A DNA stretch of 64,000 nucleotides, from NCBI GenBank assembly GCA_964016885.1, contig OZ024741.1, positions 228,160,001 through 228,224,000 on the forward strand, given 5' to 3'. The notes under the pieces were generated by a model. That model did not search any database and had not been told where the DNA came from. It worked only from the letters and a program-made list of their open reading frames with translations. The position numbers were made by a program, and so were the translations under genes. Within the stretch, counting starts at the first letter, position 1, and each line of letters starts with the position of its first letter. The DNA is from Eledone cirrhosa. Lineage: Eukaryota. Shown here piece by piece: positions 19,091 to 32,824 of the stretch.

Positions 19091-19348
19091 GGTTAGACGA
19101 ACCATCACAGACAGTCAGTACTCAAGCGGAGCTATTGACCTCTCAGATGTTCCAGAGGCTCACATCTCGCTTACATACATTCCTATATTCTACCTTGTGC
19201 TCAGACAGGCCGAGGGTCTGTATTCGTTTACATACATTACTGTGCTCTGCTGGATGTTTTATCATGGCACCAGCTATAGGGAGGCTGTCATGTCTTTAAC
19301 ACAGCTTCTTCTTATCGTGTCCACAAGAGTGCCGGTTACAAAGCTTGT

Positions 19349-19750
19349 CTAGATGTGATTCCACCACTGCTGAACACATTGCTGTCCTCTCTCATTAAAC
19401 TCTGCCAAGTCCAATGCTGTGCAGGAGTGTTCCAGCAGGAGCGATATCAGGAGGTGCTGTATAGTCTGTGGTTTGATGCTGCAGTCACACACAACGTCCC
19501 CATCCTTTAAATATCCCCATTTTGCAAGATTGACTTTTGCATGTCCAACACCAGATCTTAGTCTGTTAAGGCATTTCCACACTGCATAGTTTGTATCTGC
19601 TCTGGGGGCCAGTGCCTTGCTTGCTTTTAGCTCCATTGTTGTTACATTTTTCCTTCCCAGCGAGTGACTCTTTCACTATTTATGCTTGATGTTCCAAAGG
19701 TTGTGACACTCCTTCGAACATCAAGCATAAATAGTGAAAGAGTCACTCGC
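19349..19750 (-). mobile_element. non-LTR retrotransposon C-terminal fragment (Ingi/Vingi-like) with a fold-back at its 5' end
   Basis: WKCLNRLRSGVG..NLAKWG..CDC..QTIQHLL zinc-knuckle region; hairpin at 19660-19750. Confidence 0.65.
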
Positions 19751-20199
19751 AGAGAAGAAACAGCTGAAGAGTCCTCATGATTCTGTTTAGCAGGTTTTTT
19801 TGTGGCTTGATACTCTTCCTACACCAACCACTTTACAGTGTGCTGTATAGCCAACTTTACTATTCTTTATACTATGCATTTCTGTGTGTTGTTTGTGTAT
19901 GTTAATAATGCTCAGCCATATGGGAGATATTGTTTTTTGTTTGTATGTTTTTTTTCTTTCTTCATACAAAAATATGAAAATGCTCAATACACACCTGAGT
20001 TGGAAATGACAAATATACTAGATACAGCCATGTGTATTTACTTTCGAATAGGTACACCATATCCTTGTAAGAAGCAACTAAAAGGATTGATGTGAGGAAG
20101 TGCATCCAGCAGTAAAATATTGCTTCAAAAAGTCCAACCCATGCCAGCATGAAAAAGTCAACATAACAAATAACAATGATAATATTAGTTATAAGTAAA

Positions 20200-20400
20200 A
20201 CGTGTCACTTGACATATTGAAAATAACAGCCAAAATTTACTTGGATTTTACCCTACTGTTTTAAAAGAAGGATACATTAGATAAAGTAGCCTTGTATACA
20301 CAACATCTGAAAAAAAAAGTGAAAAAATAAAATGGTCATAACTGGAACATTTATCATAGTTCTGCTAGATCAGAGCTGACCTGGGATTAAACAATAACAT
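20200..20400 (+). mobile_element. old dispersed SINE-like repeat ending in (AAC)n
   Basis: gatcatag(g)tctgct..gatcag(a/g)gctgacctggg..taaacaacaac recurs at about 24600, 50650, 56030, 58490 and 63540. Confidence 0.55.
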
Positions 20401-21820
20401 AAAATGACAACGAAGAGGTAAAAATAACAGCAATTCTTTAATCTAAAGTTGATCTTAACAGTTTCTGTCCCCAAATTGGTACATGTGAAGAAACAGGGTC
20501 CTGAGAGGATATAGGATGAAAGCAAAAGAAAGTGTATGAAAATGATTGTAAGGGTTTCATAAAGAGACATGATTAAATACCACAAGGTATTCTACCAATT
20601 CTGTTGTCAATCAATAAAAATAATTAACAATAATAACAACAATAGTCTCTAACATTGGCACAAGTCTACAAACATCACGGAAAGGAGGAGGAATATCAAT
20701 GATTATTTTATCGACCCCCAGAAAGACAAAACGCTAAGTAGACCTTGGCAGGCTTTGAACTAAGAACGTAAAGCTATGTAACTAAATACCACCAGACATT
20801 GAGTATGAGGCTCTACAGAGTGCTATTTTCCACTTTAAAACTAATAATGGTTTAACTAACACAGAGGCACAATGCCATAAATTTTAAGGTAAGGGTGTGT
20901 TGTCAATTATATCAACCCCAGTACTTGAGTGGTACATTATTTAGTCAACCTTGATGGAATTTGAACAGAAAGTAATAGGTAAGCAAAATGTAAACCTGCA
21001 GGAATGTGGGTTGTCACTATGTAATCTTTATGGGAATGTTGAAGTTGATCAGTTTAGCAAAGTGTAGAGAGGCGGAGCCAGGAACAGAGAGGAGGGGCCT
21101 AATGCTGAAAGGAGGAGCTTAGAGCAGAGAAGTTGGGCCAGTGAGTAGGGAGGGGGTATGGGAAGAGATCAAAGAGCAGGGAGGCACATGTAGAATGAAC
21201 TGAGGATTGGACATTGTTCAACAGATATTGGTTGCCAGTTGTAGATATGGAGAGGGATATATTTATTTAGTGTATGTGTGTCACACAGAGAGAGAGAGGT
21301 AAATAGGTTGTGTATGTCTGTTTTTGGGGAGGAGGGGGAAATAAATTCCCGGGGGGTGGGGGGACAATGGTTAGGCATGCATTTTAAAGTGATTAGAGGT
21401 TTAGATGGCATTTTGATAGTATGTATTTGTCTATGAGTGTTTGGATGGAAATGTGGGGGTAAGTTTGTTGGCTTCTTGGTGTATTTTTATTGATTTAATT
21501 TGAGGTTAGTGGATATAATTTGTGGGTGTGATTTCTGGGTGGTTAGTATTTTTTCTGTATGGATACTTAGATAAGCATAGATGACATTAGTATGGTACAG
21601 TACATATGTATGTGTTATGTATGTGTAGTGAAGGAAAGGTATAAATATTCAGTGTTCAAAAAGAAACAATGTAGTAGTTGTAGTAGCAGCAGTGGTAGCA
21701 GCAGCAGTAATCGTAGCAGCAGCAGTAGCAATGGCAACTGCAGAAGCAGCAGTTGTAGTAGTAGTAGTAGTAGTAGTGGTAGTAGCCCATCAGGTAAAAA
21801 TTATGCAAAAGTGTAAATTA

Positions 21821-22386
21821 TACTGTGTATTTCCTGGCATCGAAGACGCTACTTTTTTCCTAAAATAAGTCCCGAAAATCTACCATGCATCTTGGAGGCC
21901 AAAGGTTGCATTTCTCATAGGCATATCCTAACCCCGGAGGAAACTTATCTATGCTAAACAGTAATCCAAACTCCTGTATATGAACCTCTCAATGAAGTGT
22001 ATAAATTATACTTAGTTAATGTAGTAAATAAACAAAAGCATCATAACATTTTTTTTATATATATGCTATCACAAAAATTCATTCCCGTAAGAGCAGATTG
22101 TGGTAGACGAGGCAATTGACGAGTGATACTTTTACAAGTTGTGTATCAGCATTGTCAGTATTTTCACTCTCTTCAAACAACCTGATTTTAAGAAAACATT
22201 ATTAAGTGACAAAAGAAGTAAAACTGTAATATGGTAAAAGGGTTTACCAGCAAATATTAATAACAAGTCTTATTTTGTGTTTATTTTGTGTTCATTTTGT
22301 GTTCATTATTTTTTTCAAATTTTTGGTAGTCAAAATTGAGGTGTGTCCTTGAGAGTGAAGAGTCTTCGACGACAGGAAATACGGTA
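21821..22386. mobile_element. Tc1/pogo-type MITE
   Basis: TIRs gtatttcctggcatcgaagac and gtcttcgacgacaggaaatac, TA-flanked. Confidence 0.7.
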
Positions 22387-22652
22387 AGTAAAGAATATAG
22401 GATATGTGTGTATGTTTAAAAAGGTGTGTACATGTGTTTATGATTATGTAGGTGTGTATGTGTGTGCATGTATGTATGAATATGTATCGATATCTCCCTC
22501 AGTGTGTGCATCAACATGTGTCATTGAGTGACTGTGTGTGCGTGCAGTCGCCATCCTTTGAAGTAGTGTCCACCACTGAAAATAGGGTCCAATCAGCAGC
22601 AGTCTGTTATGTGTCCCAGGACCCAGCTGGGTTTACTGCTCTCCATTAACCT

Positions 22653-22678
22653 TTAGGATTTCAAGATCTTTACGAAAT
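22653..22678 (-). CDS. calmodulin-like protein, last coding exon
   Basis: polypyrimidine tract and cag acceptor, then AT TTC GTA AAG ATC TTG AAA TCC TAA = (D)FVKILKS*, equivalent to calmodulin EFVxMMTxK; phase 1 matches the upstream donor. Confidence 0.85.
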
Positions 22679-23554
22679 CTGAAACACAAGAAAACAAAGA
22701 TGTCAGACAATCTCAAGTTATATGGAATAGCATTATGGTGTGTTCGCCTTGTGCTAAACAACAAATAATAAAGGATAAAGGGACTTTTTTAACAAGGAAA
22801 CAAATATTGGTTGTTCTAAAACAAAATGTTCAAGGGAAGTAATCCTATACAAAAATATGATTGGGAGCAAGGAGAATAACTCCTGCTTACGGTATTTTGT
22901 ATGATAAATATTATAATAGGAACACGAGACTACGCACTTCATAGTTATGTATAAATGCCATGTGTATGTGTGTGTCTTTTTGTTGTCTCTTTTTAATGGA
23001 TTTATCTGAATGACGGAGCTGTTTTGAGATGTGTGAGGAGGATACGCTTCATGTTCCTCTCCAACTACTACATGACGATGACAGCTGGAAAAACATGGAA
23101 AGTGATGTAGAATTCTGGGACAAACATTTTCTTTGTCTATTATTCATTTTATTAGTTTGTTTGTTTTTTGCAAGACATTTATGCAATGCTCAAACTCTAC
23201 TACCAATCGACCACGAAAAGAAGGACTCTCTACTGACAGAGGATGCAAAACAAGGAGAAGAGAAAGAAACCGCAATTTATAGGTGGCTGGAGTAGAAAGA
23301 TATTGAGTTACTCTAGTTGTGGTTCAAATCTTTGCTGCAGAGATTATGCTGAAGTTACACAGTTACCAGGTGGCAGTGTTAAACTTGGCAACAGATTAGG
23401 ACAACCATACAAGGTTTCCATACAATTTCCATCTATCCAATTTCACCCACAAAGATTGGGTTGACCTGAAGCAATTGTATAAAACATTTGCCCAATGTGT
23501 CCTACAGTGGGATCAAACCCTGAACCAAATAATTGTAAACTAGATTACACTTAC

Positions 23555-23797
23555 CATCATAGTTAACTCTACCATCAGCTGTAATCTCAGCTTCTCTTAT
23601 CATTTCATCAACTTCCTCATCGGACAGTTTCTCGCCAAGATTTGTCAACACATGACGCAGCTCTGCACACGAGATGTAGCCATTGCCATCTTTATCAAAC
23701 ACACGAAATGCTTCCTTCAGCTCATCATCAGTGTCTTGTGTTATGTGTTGTTTGGAAATGATATTCACAACATCTTGATCAGTGAGTTTACGTTTCC
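23555..23797 (-). CDS. calmodulin-like protein, 243-bp exon (end of EF2, EF3, EF4)
   Basis: cag|GG..GATG|gtaag; encodes [56 protein letters not shown], close to the calmodulin C-lobe. Confidence 0.95.
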
Positions 23798-23889
23798 CTG
23801 TACATAAGAAATACAGAAGTCAGAAATAGATAAATCATGTAAAATACACAATATCAATACATAAATGGAACATTTATACATGAAAATAC

Positions 23890-24195
23890 TAAACTAATCC
23901 GAACATCAGCAAATACTTTCAGAAACATTTTTTCACACTCAAGAGTTACTGAAGCATGGAACAAACTACCTGCATCAGTTGTTAGCTGTCGGGAAACTGC
24001 ATCCTTCAAAACCTCCGTGCTTCTCGAAATTTGTCAACGCTACACCTGATATCCCACCTCCATACACATGCACGCAAGTGTGTGTGTCTGAGTGTATATC
24101 ATAACTCATACACTGTTCACTTTCTTGACATTTGTACATTATTCTATGTACTCACATGAGCACTATACACAATAATTTCATTATTATTATTATTT
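23890..24195 (+). mobile_element. CR1/L2-type LINE 3' end (intronic)
   Basis: RVTEAWNKLP resembles the CR1 ORF2 C-terminus; (ATT)n tail. Confidence 0.6.
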
Positions 24196-24904
24196 CTAAT
24201 TTTATAGGTTGATAATTATTATCGAGACCTTTGGCGCCATACAGTTGTACAGAAGACCCGACTGCCATTGCATACAATCCTACAGTCAGTAGGCACCTCT
24301 TAACCCAATGTACACCCCACCCCCTACCCCATCCTCCCTCTCCCGTTCTGCCCACCGTGTCAATAACACAACAGTCCACACTGTAAGGTGGCTGTATAGG
24401 AGACACAGTGAAAAGGCTCCCAGTCCACACTGTAAATGTGGTTGGTGTTAGGAAGGGCATCCAGCTGTAAAAGAAAACCTGCCAGAGACGCTTCCGTGCG
24501 AGCGAGACATGGTCTCCCAACCATTCCCACATCAAATGGAACAAAACCGTCTAACCCATGCTAACGTGGAAGATGGACGTTAAACGATGATGATGATGAA
24601 CACTGACCATAGGGATGCTTGGTCAGAGATGACCAAGGGCTAAACAACAACAAAGTTAGCCAATACAATAAATAATGTTTTCTGATTTCAGTACAAGGCC
24701 TGTTTGGAGAAGGGAAAATTGATTAAATCGAACCAAGTGGATCACTGGTACTTTATTTTATTGACCTCATAAGGATGAAAAGCAAAGCTAACCTTGGTGT
24801 GATTTGAACTCATAAGGGCCGAAACTCTATGCCACTAAGCATGGTGTCCGATGCTACACAGCCAATCCACCCAATACAATAAATAATGCAACATTGATAC
24901 TTAC

Positions 24905-25048
24905 CACTACTATCAATGTTGTCTCTAATATTCTTTACTTCACTTTCTGTAGGACTGAAACCAATGGCTCGCATTACTGTTCCAATATCTTGTGAAAATA
25001 TACAGCTGTCACCATCTTTGGCAAACACAACACACGCCTCTCGACACA
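24905..25048 (-). CDS. calmodulin-like protein, 144-bp exon (EF1, start of EF2)
   Basis: ttttgcag|TG..AGTG|gtaag; CREACVVFAKDGDSCIFSQDIGTVMRAIGFSPTESEV aligns with calmodulin [36 protein letters not shown]; 144 bp is the calmodulin exon size. Confidence 0.93.
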
Positions 25049-26291
25049 CTGCAAAAATTAACATAATACAATATAATCAGTATTGACATAAACAGCATAT
25101 ATGTACATATATCTGTGTGTGTAATGTTGAGGCTCTTAACTTATACAATTATAAATTATAACTAACACTTACTGATGGGTGTACTCAATACTTTCTGCTA
25201 GCATGTGAAGTGTGCATATTGATATTATACACAAGTATACAACATGTAAATATGATACGTCAAATGAAATCGTAATTGACAATATGTACAGAAATTGAAC
25301 ATAGTCTGTGTTACACTGTCTTCTGCAATCAGTAAAGTAATCCATGATACATTAAAAAAGACGATATTATATATAAACTGCATATGTAAGAAACTAAAAT
25401 GTTATAAAAACGAAAAAAGGAGAAAATTATTGACGGAAATATAAACCATATTGACGGAAATATAAACCTTATTTATATAAGGTTTATATTTCCGTCAATA
25501 ATTTTATCCTTTTTTGCAAATATATGAACATTTATATGATATGTGTTGATACAATGTTATATGATACAATGTGATAAGTGTTGCGATATAATGGACGCTA
25601 ACGGAAGTGTTGACATTTGAAAATTTTCAAGAAGTGAATCTTAAAATAAGCAATACTTTATATATAAGAATATCTATGTTAAATCAACAGCAACGAAATT
25701 TAGTAGATAAATTACATAATATTTATTCATTATTTATTCAAAGTAATCCAAGTTATTTTACTAATATGATAAAAAAATATAAAACGGGCGCTGTCCTGCA
25801 CTCTTCCCTTTATTATATTATAGATTAGGGCGGTGAATTGGCAGTATCGGTAGAGGGTCGGACGCCATGTTTTGACATATAGAGTTACGGCCCTTGCAAT
25901 TCTGAGTTCAAATCCCGCCGAGGTTAACTTTGCCTTTCATCCTTACGGGGTCGATAAAATAAAGTACCAGTAATCTACTGGGTGATTGCTGGCCTTGTGC
26001 CAAAAGTAGAAACAATTATATTATAGATTAACTATAAATACATACATACATATACACAGAGAAACATACATTACTATAGTTATCTGTAGTGGTGAGTATA
26101 TTTTCGAATTTTACAATGCTGCATAGGTCAACCAATGTATGTGTGTAGTGGGGGGAGCATGCAGACGGTTTTGAAGTCGAAATTGATATAACTGATATAG
26201 AGTTACCTCCCTTGATAGATATGATGAGATTTTGGACAGAAGAGTTTTTATCTAATTGCAATGATACTCAATTAATTGTACTATATTACAT

Positions 26292-27235
26292 ACTAGCAGT
26301 GGTACCTGGCATTGCACGGGATAAGGTATTTTGGAATGCGGGCCGCCAACAGACCTAATCGTGGAAAAACTGCATGCCTGGACAATATGTAAAGAAAATA
26401 AACCGAATACTCTGATGGCTGGATAATCTTTAAGATTTTCCTAGATGATTTTCCTTGAAATTTCGATAAAATCGGCTACTATAAAGCTGAAAAAATGAAG
26501 TTTTTCACCTAATGCAGGCTCTAGGTCATAAAAAAGTTGGATTTTCTTTGCTCATGGTATGAAGAATAGACTGACTAATACATATTACAATTTCAAGGAA
26601 ATCGGTCTGACGTAACGCCTTAAAAAAACCCTAAAAAGCTGAAAAAACGCAATTTTTCACCTAATGCAGGCTTTATGGGATCAAAAAGTTGAATTTTTTA
26701 TGTGCATAACACTCCCTGAGTTTTAAGGATTCAAATTCACAGACACACACACACAGACAGACATCCTCAGGGAAGTGACATAATGCAGACAGCCAGACAT
26801 ACAGATAGATATTATAAGGATGAAAGGCAAAGTTAACTTCGGAGTTCAAATCCTGCCGAGGTTAACTTTGCCTTTCATCCTTACTGGGTTGATAAAATAA
26901 AGTACCAGTCACACACTGGGGTCGATTTAATCGACTTTCTCTTCTCCCCCAAAATTACTGGCCTTGTGTCTATATAAGAAACCATTATAAGGGCGCGAGG
27001 TTATATATATGTATCTATCTAAAATGAGAAAGACTAAGAATTATAGAGAGAGATCGCTAAATCGCCTAATGTGGTCCCTAGGACATTGAAAATTTGAAAT
27101 TTTTTTTGCTCAGAACACTCCCTGAAATATAAGTATTACATGTGTAAAGTTTGAAAACAGTCGGTTGGGTGCTTCTCGAATTTTAGGGATTCAAACTCAC
27201 ACAGACAGACATCCTCAATTTTATATATGTAGATT
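26292..27235 (+). mobile_element. non-autonomous Helentron/Helitron-like elements with internal duplication, (GACA)n tracts and an embedded SINE
   Basis: 5' ACTAGC..CCTGGCATTGCACGGG and 3' ..ttatatatgtagat; similar ends at 50806-51610. Confidence 0.5.
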
Positions 27236-28593
27236 ATAGGCAGTAAATTTACAAGACCATTAGAACTTTGGTATCTATTTTGGCTCTCTCTGATATGAGT
27301 TCAAATCTCACTGAGGTCAACTTTGTCTTTCATCTTTTCACAGTCAATATTTTATTGACTCAAGATATTAGCTGTATTCTGACCTGTGGAATGATGGACT
27401 CCGCCAGTTTTAAAAAGCCCACAAAACGCAGTATGTTACAACAATAATACACACAAACACACACACATATACATATATATATATCATCATTGTTGATTAA
27501 CGTTTATCTTTTACGCTAGCATGGGTGAGATGGGTTTGTCCCATTTAGAGGCAAGTTGGGTCAGGTGACCGTGTCTCACTCATATAGGAGAGTTTTGGGC
27601 TGGTTTTCTACAGCTGGATGCCCTTCCTAGCAGCAACCACATTTACAGTGTGTGCTGGGTGTTTTTTGTCATGACACCTAAACAATCACTTTACAGTGTG
27701 GGCTGGATATATACATATATACAAACTTGCAAGCAGGGCAAAGCGGACGTAAAATGATGATGATGATGATGATGATGCCTTTATTAATAGTACCCATACA
27801 AGGGCGGTGGATTGGCAACATCAGTAGGGTATCAGACAACATGATTTACGGCATATAGTTATGGCACTTTATGTTCTGAGTTCAAATCACACCGAGATTA
27901 GCTTTGCCTTTCATCCTTACAAGGTCGATAAAATAAAGTACCAGTAAGGCACTGAGATTGATTTAATTGACTCCCCCGCCCCGCCCCTAATATTGTTAGC
28001 TTTGTGCCTAAATCAGAAAACATTATTTGTATCCATACAATAAGAGCACATATTCAAACAATTTGAATAGGTGCTTTTGTGCACAAAGCTCTAGGCCCTT
28101 GAGTTACTTGTGTAGATTCATGGTTATAATAATATATACATCTGTCTACTCATGTTTTTAGTTTTGTTTCCTTTGTTTGTACAACCAAGCATGCACACAT
28201 ACACACATAATTGATAGCAACCAAGCAAGTATGCATAATTGATAGCTCTCCATTTGGAGAAGGTATCACTGCAGGTTGCAACCCAGATAAGAGGCTCACT
28301 GCCTCAGAACAGGAATATTGAATTGTTGTCTGCCTTTTAACCATCCCCTCAGTCTAACCCTGTCTCTTCCAGCTATGATGGAAAACCAGTCCCATCCAAG
28401 ACACATTTGTAGAGATGAAATCTTGGTTAAGATTAGGCTTAAGATTAAGGATAAAATTAAATATTAGGGTTAAAATTAGGGCCAGGGTAAAGATTAGAGT
28501 TATGATTAAAATAATATTAGGCTAAGAATAAAATTAGGGGTTAGATTAGGTTCACATAGCAAAAATTCATAGATAAATTTGATAAAAACTTAC

Positions 28594-28627
28594 AGTCCAT
28601 CTTTTCTCGATTCATTCTTATTGCAGT
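28594..28627 (-). CDS. calmodulin-like protein, 34-bp exon
   Basis: tttttctctttcatttcag|ACT GCA ATA AGA ATG AAT CGA GAA AAG ATG GAC T|gtaagt; phase 0 to 1 like the short calmodulin exon 2; joins the next exon in frame. Confidence 0.8.
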
Positions 28628-31600
28628 CTGAAATGAAAGAGAAAAAAATTGTACAAAGCTGAGATTTTAGTGAAATATTTCAATGCATCATCATCATCAT
28701 CATCACCGTTTTACGTCCGTTCTTCTATGCTAGCATGGGTTAGACAGGTTGTCCTGTTGTGGGCAGTGTCTGGTCGGCTGACCATGCCTTGATCATACAG
28801 GAACTGATTTTGGCTTGGTTTCTACAGCTGGATGCCCTTCCTAACACCAACCTCATTTACAGTGAGTGCTGGGTGCTTTTTTTCGTGGTGCCTACACGTC
28901 CACTTTACAGTGTGGGCTGGGTGCTTTTTTGCCGTGGCACCTCCACGACCACTTTGCAGTGGGAGAGTGTGGGGGCATATTGTCTATATGTTTCAGCTTG
29001 TACCCATGGGAGGTCGGGTACTCTGTATTACTGCGCGACGCCAGAGGTCACGGTCGTAATATTTCTCAAAAGGTCAATGAGTATATGAAGAATTTAACTA
29101 AGATGTTATTTGCAGGCACATATATATTAATCTTCAACCATACAATGTGGCTATTGCAGTTGGTCAGTTGCTTTATCACACTGTTTGTGATTGGTTGAAC
29201 AATCCAAACATTTGTAAACAAGAGATTATAGAAGTTTTTATCTTCCATAGATCAATGTGCTGATGTTAGCAATAGGACAAATCCCTTTTGAGATATATAT
29301 ATAATATTCTAAGAATGATCATGTAGCTATATATAAATTTGAATAACTTCCATCTGCCCATCCGTCACACAATGTGTGTTTGTGTGAATGTACGTGTGTG
29401 TAAAAGGAAGGAAGGGGATGGTGAAAAAACTATAGCAAAATAGAAGCTGGTGATCCATTTGCTATGCTGTGTGTAAGTGTATGTGTGATTTGGTGTAAAT
29501 GTATGTGTGTGTATGTTTGTGTGAATGTATGTGTGCATATATGTCTATGTGTGTATTTTTGTGTGTCTGTGTTTCTGAGTTTATATTTATATACTCATGC
29601 ATATAAATGTATGCATATGCACATACACACACACATGCATCAGTGTATTGAAACCAATCCTAGTAAATTAAATTGCCCACAGATGTGTTACACAAAAATC
29701 AAAAGCTAAGTATCTAAATGCCATATGGCCTGTATCTGTATCTTCTTATTCATGACAACCAAACTGAATACTTTCAGTAATATCTTGCTCTGGTTTATAC
29801 ACCTCCAATTTCCACATTGAGATCCTTTTTTTTGTATCCTGAGCATTATAATGACTGTTCAATCTGTTTAATACCTCATTTATTGCAGAAAAGCTTTAAT
29901 GATACTCTTGCAGTCAACTGCCTCTTTTTAGCATCTGGCCTAGTATTATATTAAATGGATTGGCAGTATTGGTAGAGGGTCGGACGCCATGCTTTGCAGC
30001 ATAGTTACGTCCCTTTACGATCTGAGTTCAAATCCCGCCGAGGTTGACTTTGCCTTTCATCCTTACGGGGTCGATATAATAAAGTACCAGTAATGCACTG
30101 GGTAATTGCTGGCCTCGTGCCAAAAAGTAGAAACAATTATATTAAATCCAGGAAGCTTTACTTTATTTATAATTGCTCAATGGCTCATGATATTCCTTCT
30201 CTAGATATTTCATGTACATCCAAATCTAGTTTAAAGAAAGGCCCTGATAATTTCCTGAAGCACAAGAGTGTGCTTCAGGAAATTATCAGGGCCTTTCTCA
30301 AATTAACCCTTTCATTTTCATATTTCCAATGAAAAGCACTGATTTCCTAATAATTTTGAAAATAAGAATTTGGAGGGATTTAGTAATATAACTAACTTCT
30401 TTATTACTAAGCTAGTCATAATTTAAAAGAGGTTCTTGCATAAAATTATGAGGGAAGGTTTTTAGACAAACAGTTTTGTATGTTAGAATCAGGGCCAGTT
30501 TCAAGCAGATTGGTATCAAAAAGGTTAATCATCTTACACATAACTGTATTGAAATGTTCTTTCACATTTTCATGGATATTTATATCAGATGTTATTAGCT
30601 CCTCATCATAACTAAACACTAGTAATGTTTCTGTTCTTATTATTTTGTTTAATTAATTTTTATTTTTAATGGAACTTAACTTTTTTTTTTTCTAGTTTCC
30701 TACCTTTCAGACCTCAATTATTGCTTTATACAGAAACAATGTTTTCATGATTTAAAATAGTTCATGCAATTAATTAATTATAACACCATAATATAAATCA
30801 TGTTTAAAAAATATATAGGTTACAGCCAGAAGTTTGAAAAATCAACCATTTCCTGATTAACATGTATAACATTTCATGATATATCAAAATACAGGTGATA
30901 TGAAAAATAACATTCACAAATCTTAATTACAGATGGCTCAGTCCAACATGTCTACAACATTCAGTAAATACATTGTTCACATCAGTAAATACATCATCAC
31001 AGATCAAGTGAAAAGAGAATATGAGACAGTGTGTGTGATCTTGCCACATTTTAAAACACTGTATTTATACTTATTATCCAGCTGTCTGTTCGAACAGTGA
31101 TGGTATTCTACAGATTATTAAGCTAAGCTCTTTCCATCACCTCATGTGTGATGTAGGATTCTTAGCATGACCACATCAAAAATGAGGTCATGGAAACAGC
31201 CTGGCTGAGTAATCTACAGAATACTATTGTCATACAATGGAAACCAGAAAGAGGACATAAAAAACAAGGTAGACCTCTCAAGACTTGTTTGAGGTATGTA
31301 GAGGACCCCTGGCAGACATGGGCCTGGTCTTGGAGCAGACCAGTGCCAAGGCTTGCAACTGTGTGGAATAGAAATTTCTCATTGCCCAGTGCACCATGAT
31401 GAGTAAAAAGAACTAAAAAAGAAAAATAGAATAAAAAAAGAATAAAAAGAACTAAAATCAGTTCTAAACACGTTCCAACATCAGATACTTAAGTGTTCAT
31501 ATATGGGCAAAAGATCAGATTCACAATGTCTGTTAAGAAGCCATAACAGTTTTTTTAATATCATTTTCCAAAAGTTTCTTTGAATTCCTCAGTTTTAAAT

Positions 31601-32609
31601 AGAAGATATTAAGATTCTTCAGAAAAAAATATTTTTTTTAAATTTCAAAACTGTCCCCAGCCCCTGTATTATAATTCAAATATATAATATACTGATGCAA
31701 ATTTCTATACATTTGTATAGCTTTGATTACTCAGGTAAAAGATTGATTTTTAATTATTTATAGCTATGAGATTGATGACATTAAAATATATATATATCTT
31801 ATTAAAATAGTAATGTAGTCCTGTAGGAGTCATGACAAAAAGCACCCAGTCCACACTATAATGTGGTTGTGTAGGTGACACGACAAAAAGCACCCAGCTC
31901 ACACTGTAAATGTGGTTGATGTTAGGAAGGGCATCCAGCTGTAGAAACCAACCCCAGGTGAGCGAAACATGGTCCTCTGACTTGATTCTCTCCCAAAACG
32001 TCAGCCCGTCCTACCCATGCTACCATAGAAAATGGATGTTAAACAATAATTATTTCTACATTAGGCACAAGGCCAGCAATTACCCAGTGTATCACTGGTA
32101 CTTTATTTTATCGACCCCGTAAGGATGAAAGGCAAAGTTAACCTCGGCGAGATTTGAACTCAGAATGGCAAGGGCCGTAACTCTATGCGTCAAAGCATGA
32201 CGTCCGACCCTCTACCGATACTGCCAATAATGATGATGCTATATATATGGAAATTATTGATGTAGGAAGGCAGCATGAGTCAATCTGGAATAATCCAATC
32301 AACATTCAGTGATTCATGAAATTCATTGTTTCAGAGTGGCAATTAATTGATTATTCAATTTTGAAAGGGCTGTGAAAAGAGTGCAAGGACGTGTGAACCT
32401 CATACAAAAGACTACAACAACAACAAATACCCAAGTATGTGTGTGTATATGTATGTACACACACACACACACATATATATGTGGTGTATATACATGCATC
32501 GTTTTATTAGCCCACACACATACAAGTATATAACAACACTTCCGTATTCCCTGGTATATATGTCTGTATTTGAGTCTTGAATATAGTAGTTCGATAAAAG
32601 GAGATCAAC

Positions 32610-32824
32610 TACTGTATATACTCGAATATAAGCCAATCTGAATATAAGCCAGCCACCCCTCCATTTTATGTCTGAAAAATGGGCAAAAATTCGAACCCCA
32701 TTTATAAGCTGAGGCAGCCAATTAACCCATTGTTTAGATGGTATATATATAAGCCAACCTATCCCATTTTACCATTAATTATTTGGTCACATATTCCTCG
32801 GCTTATATTCAAGAATATACAGTA
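32610..32824. mobile_element. pogo/Tigger-type MITE
   Basis: TIRs tactgtatatactcgaatataagcc and ggcttatattcaagaatatacagta. Confidence 0.75.

Noticed and set aside
23502-23768. Standalone 88-aa ORF or calling the gene calmodulin itself
   Set aside because: The ORF is one exon with intron read-through, and the spliced protein is far too diverged in the N-lobe to be canonical calmodulin
25828-26018. Functional tRNA genes at SINE heads
   Set aside because: A and B boxes are present but there is no complete cloverleaf, and the heads run into a shared SINE body
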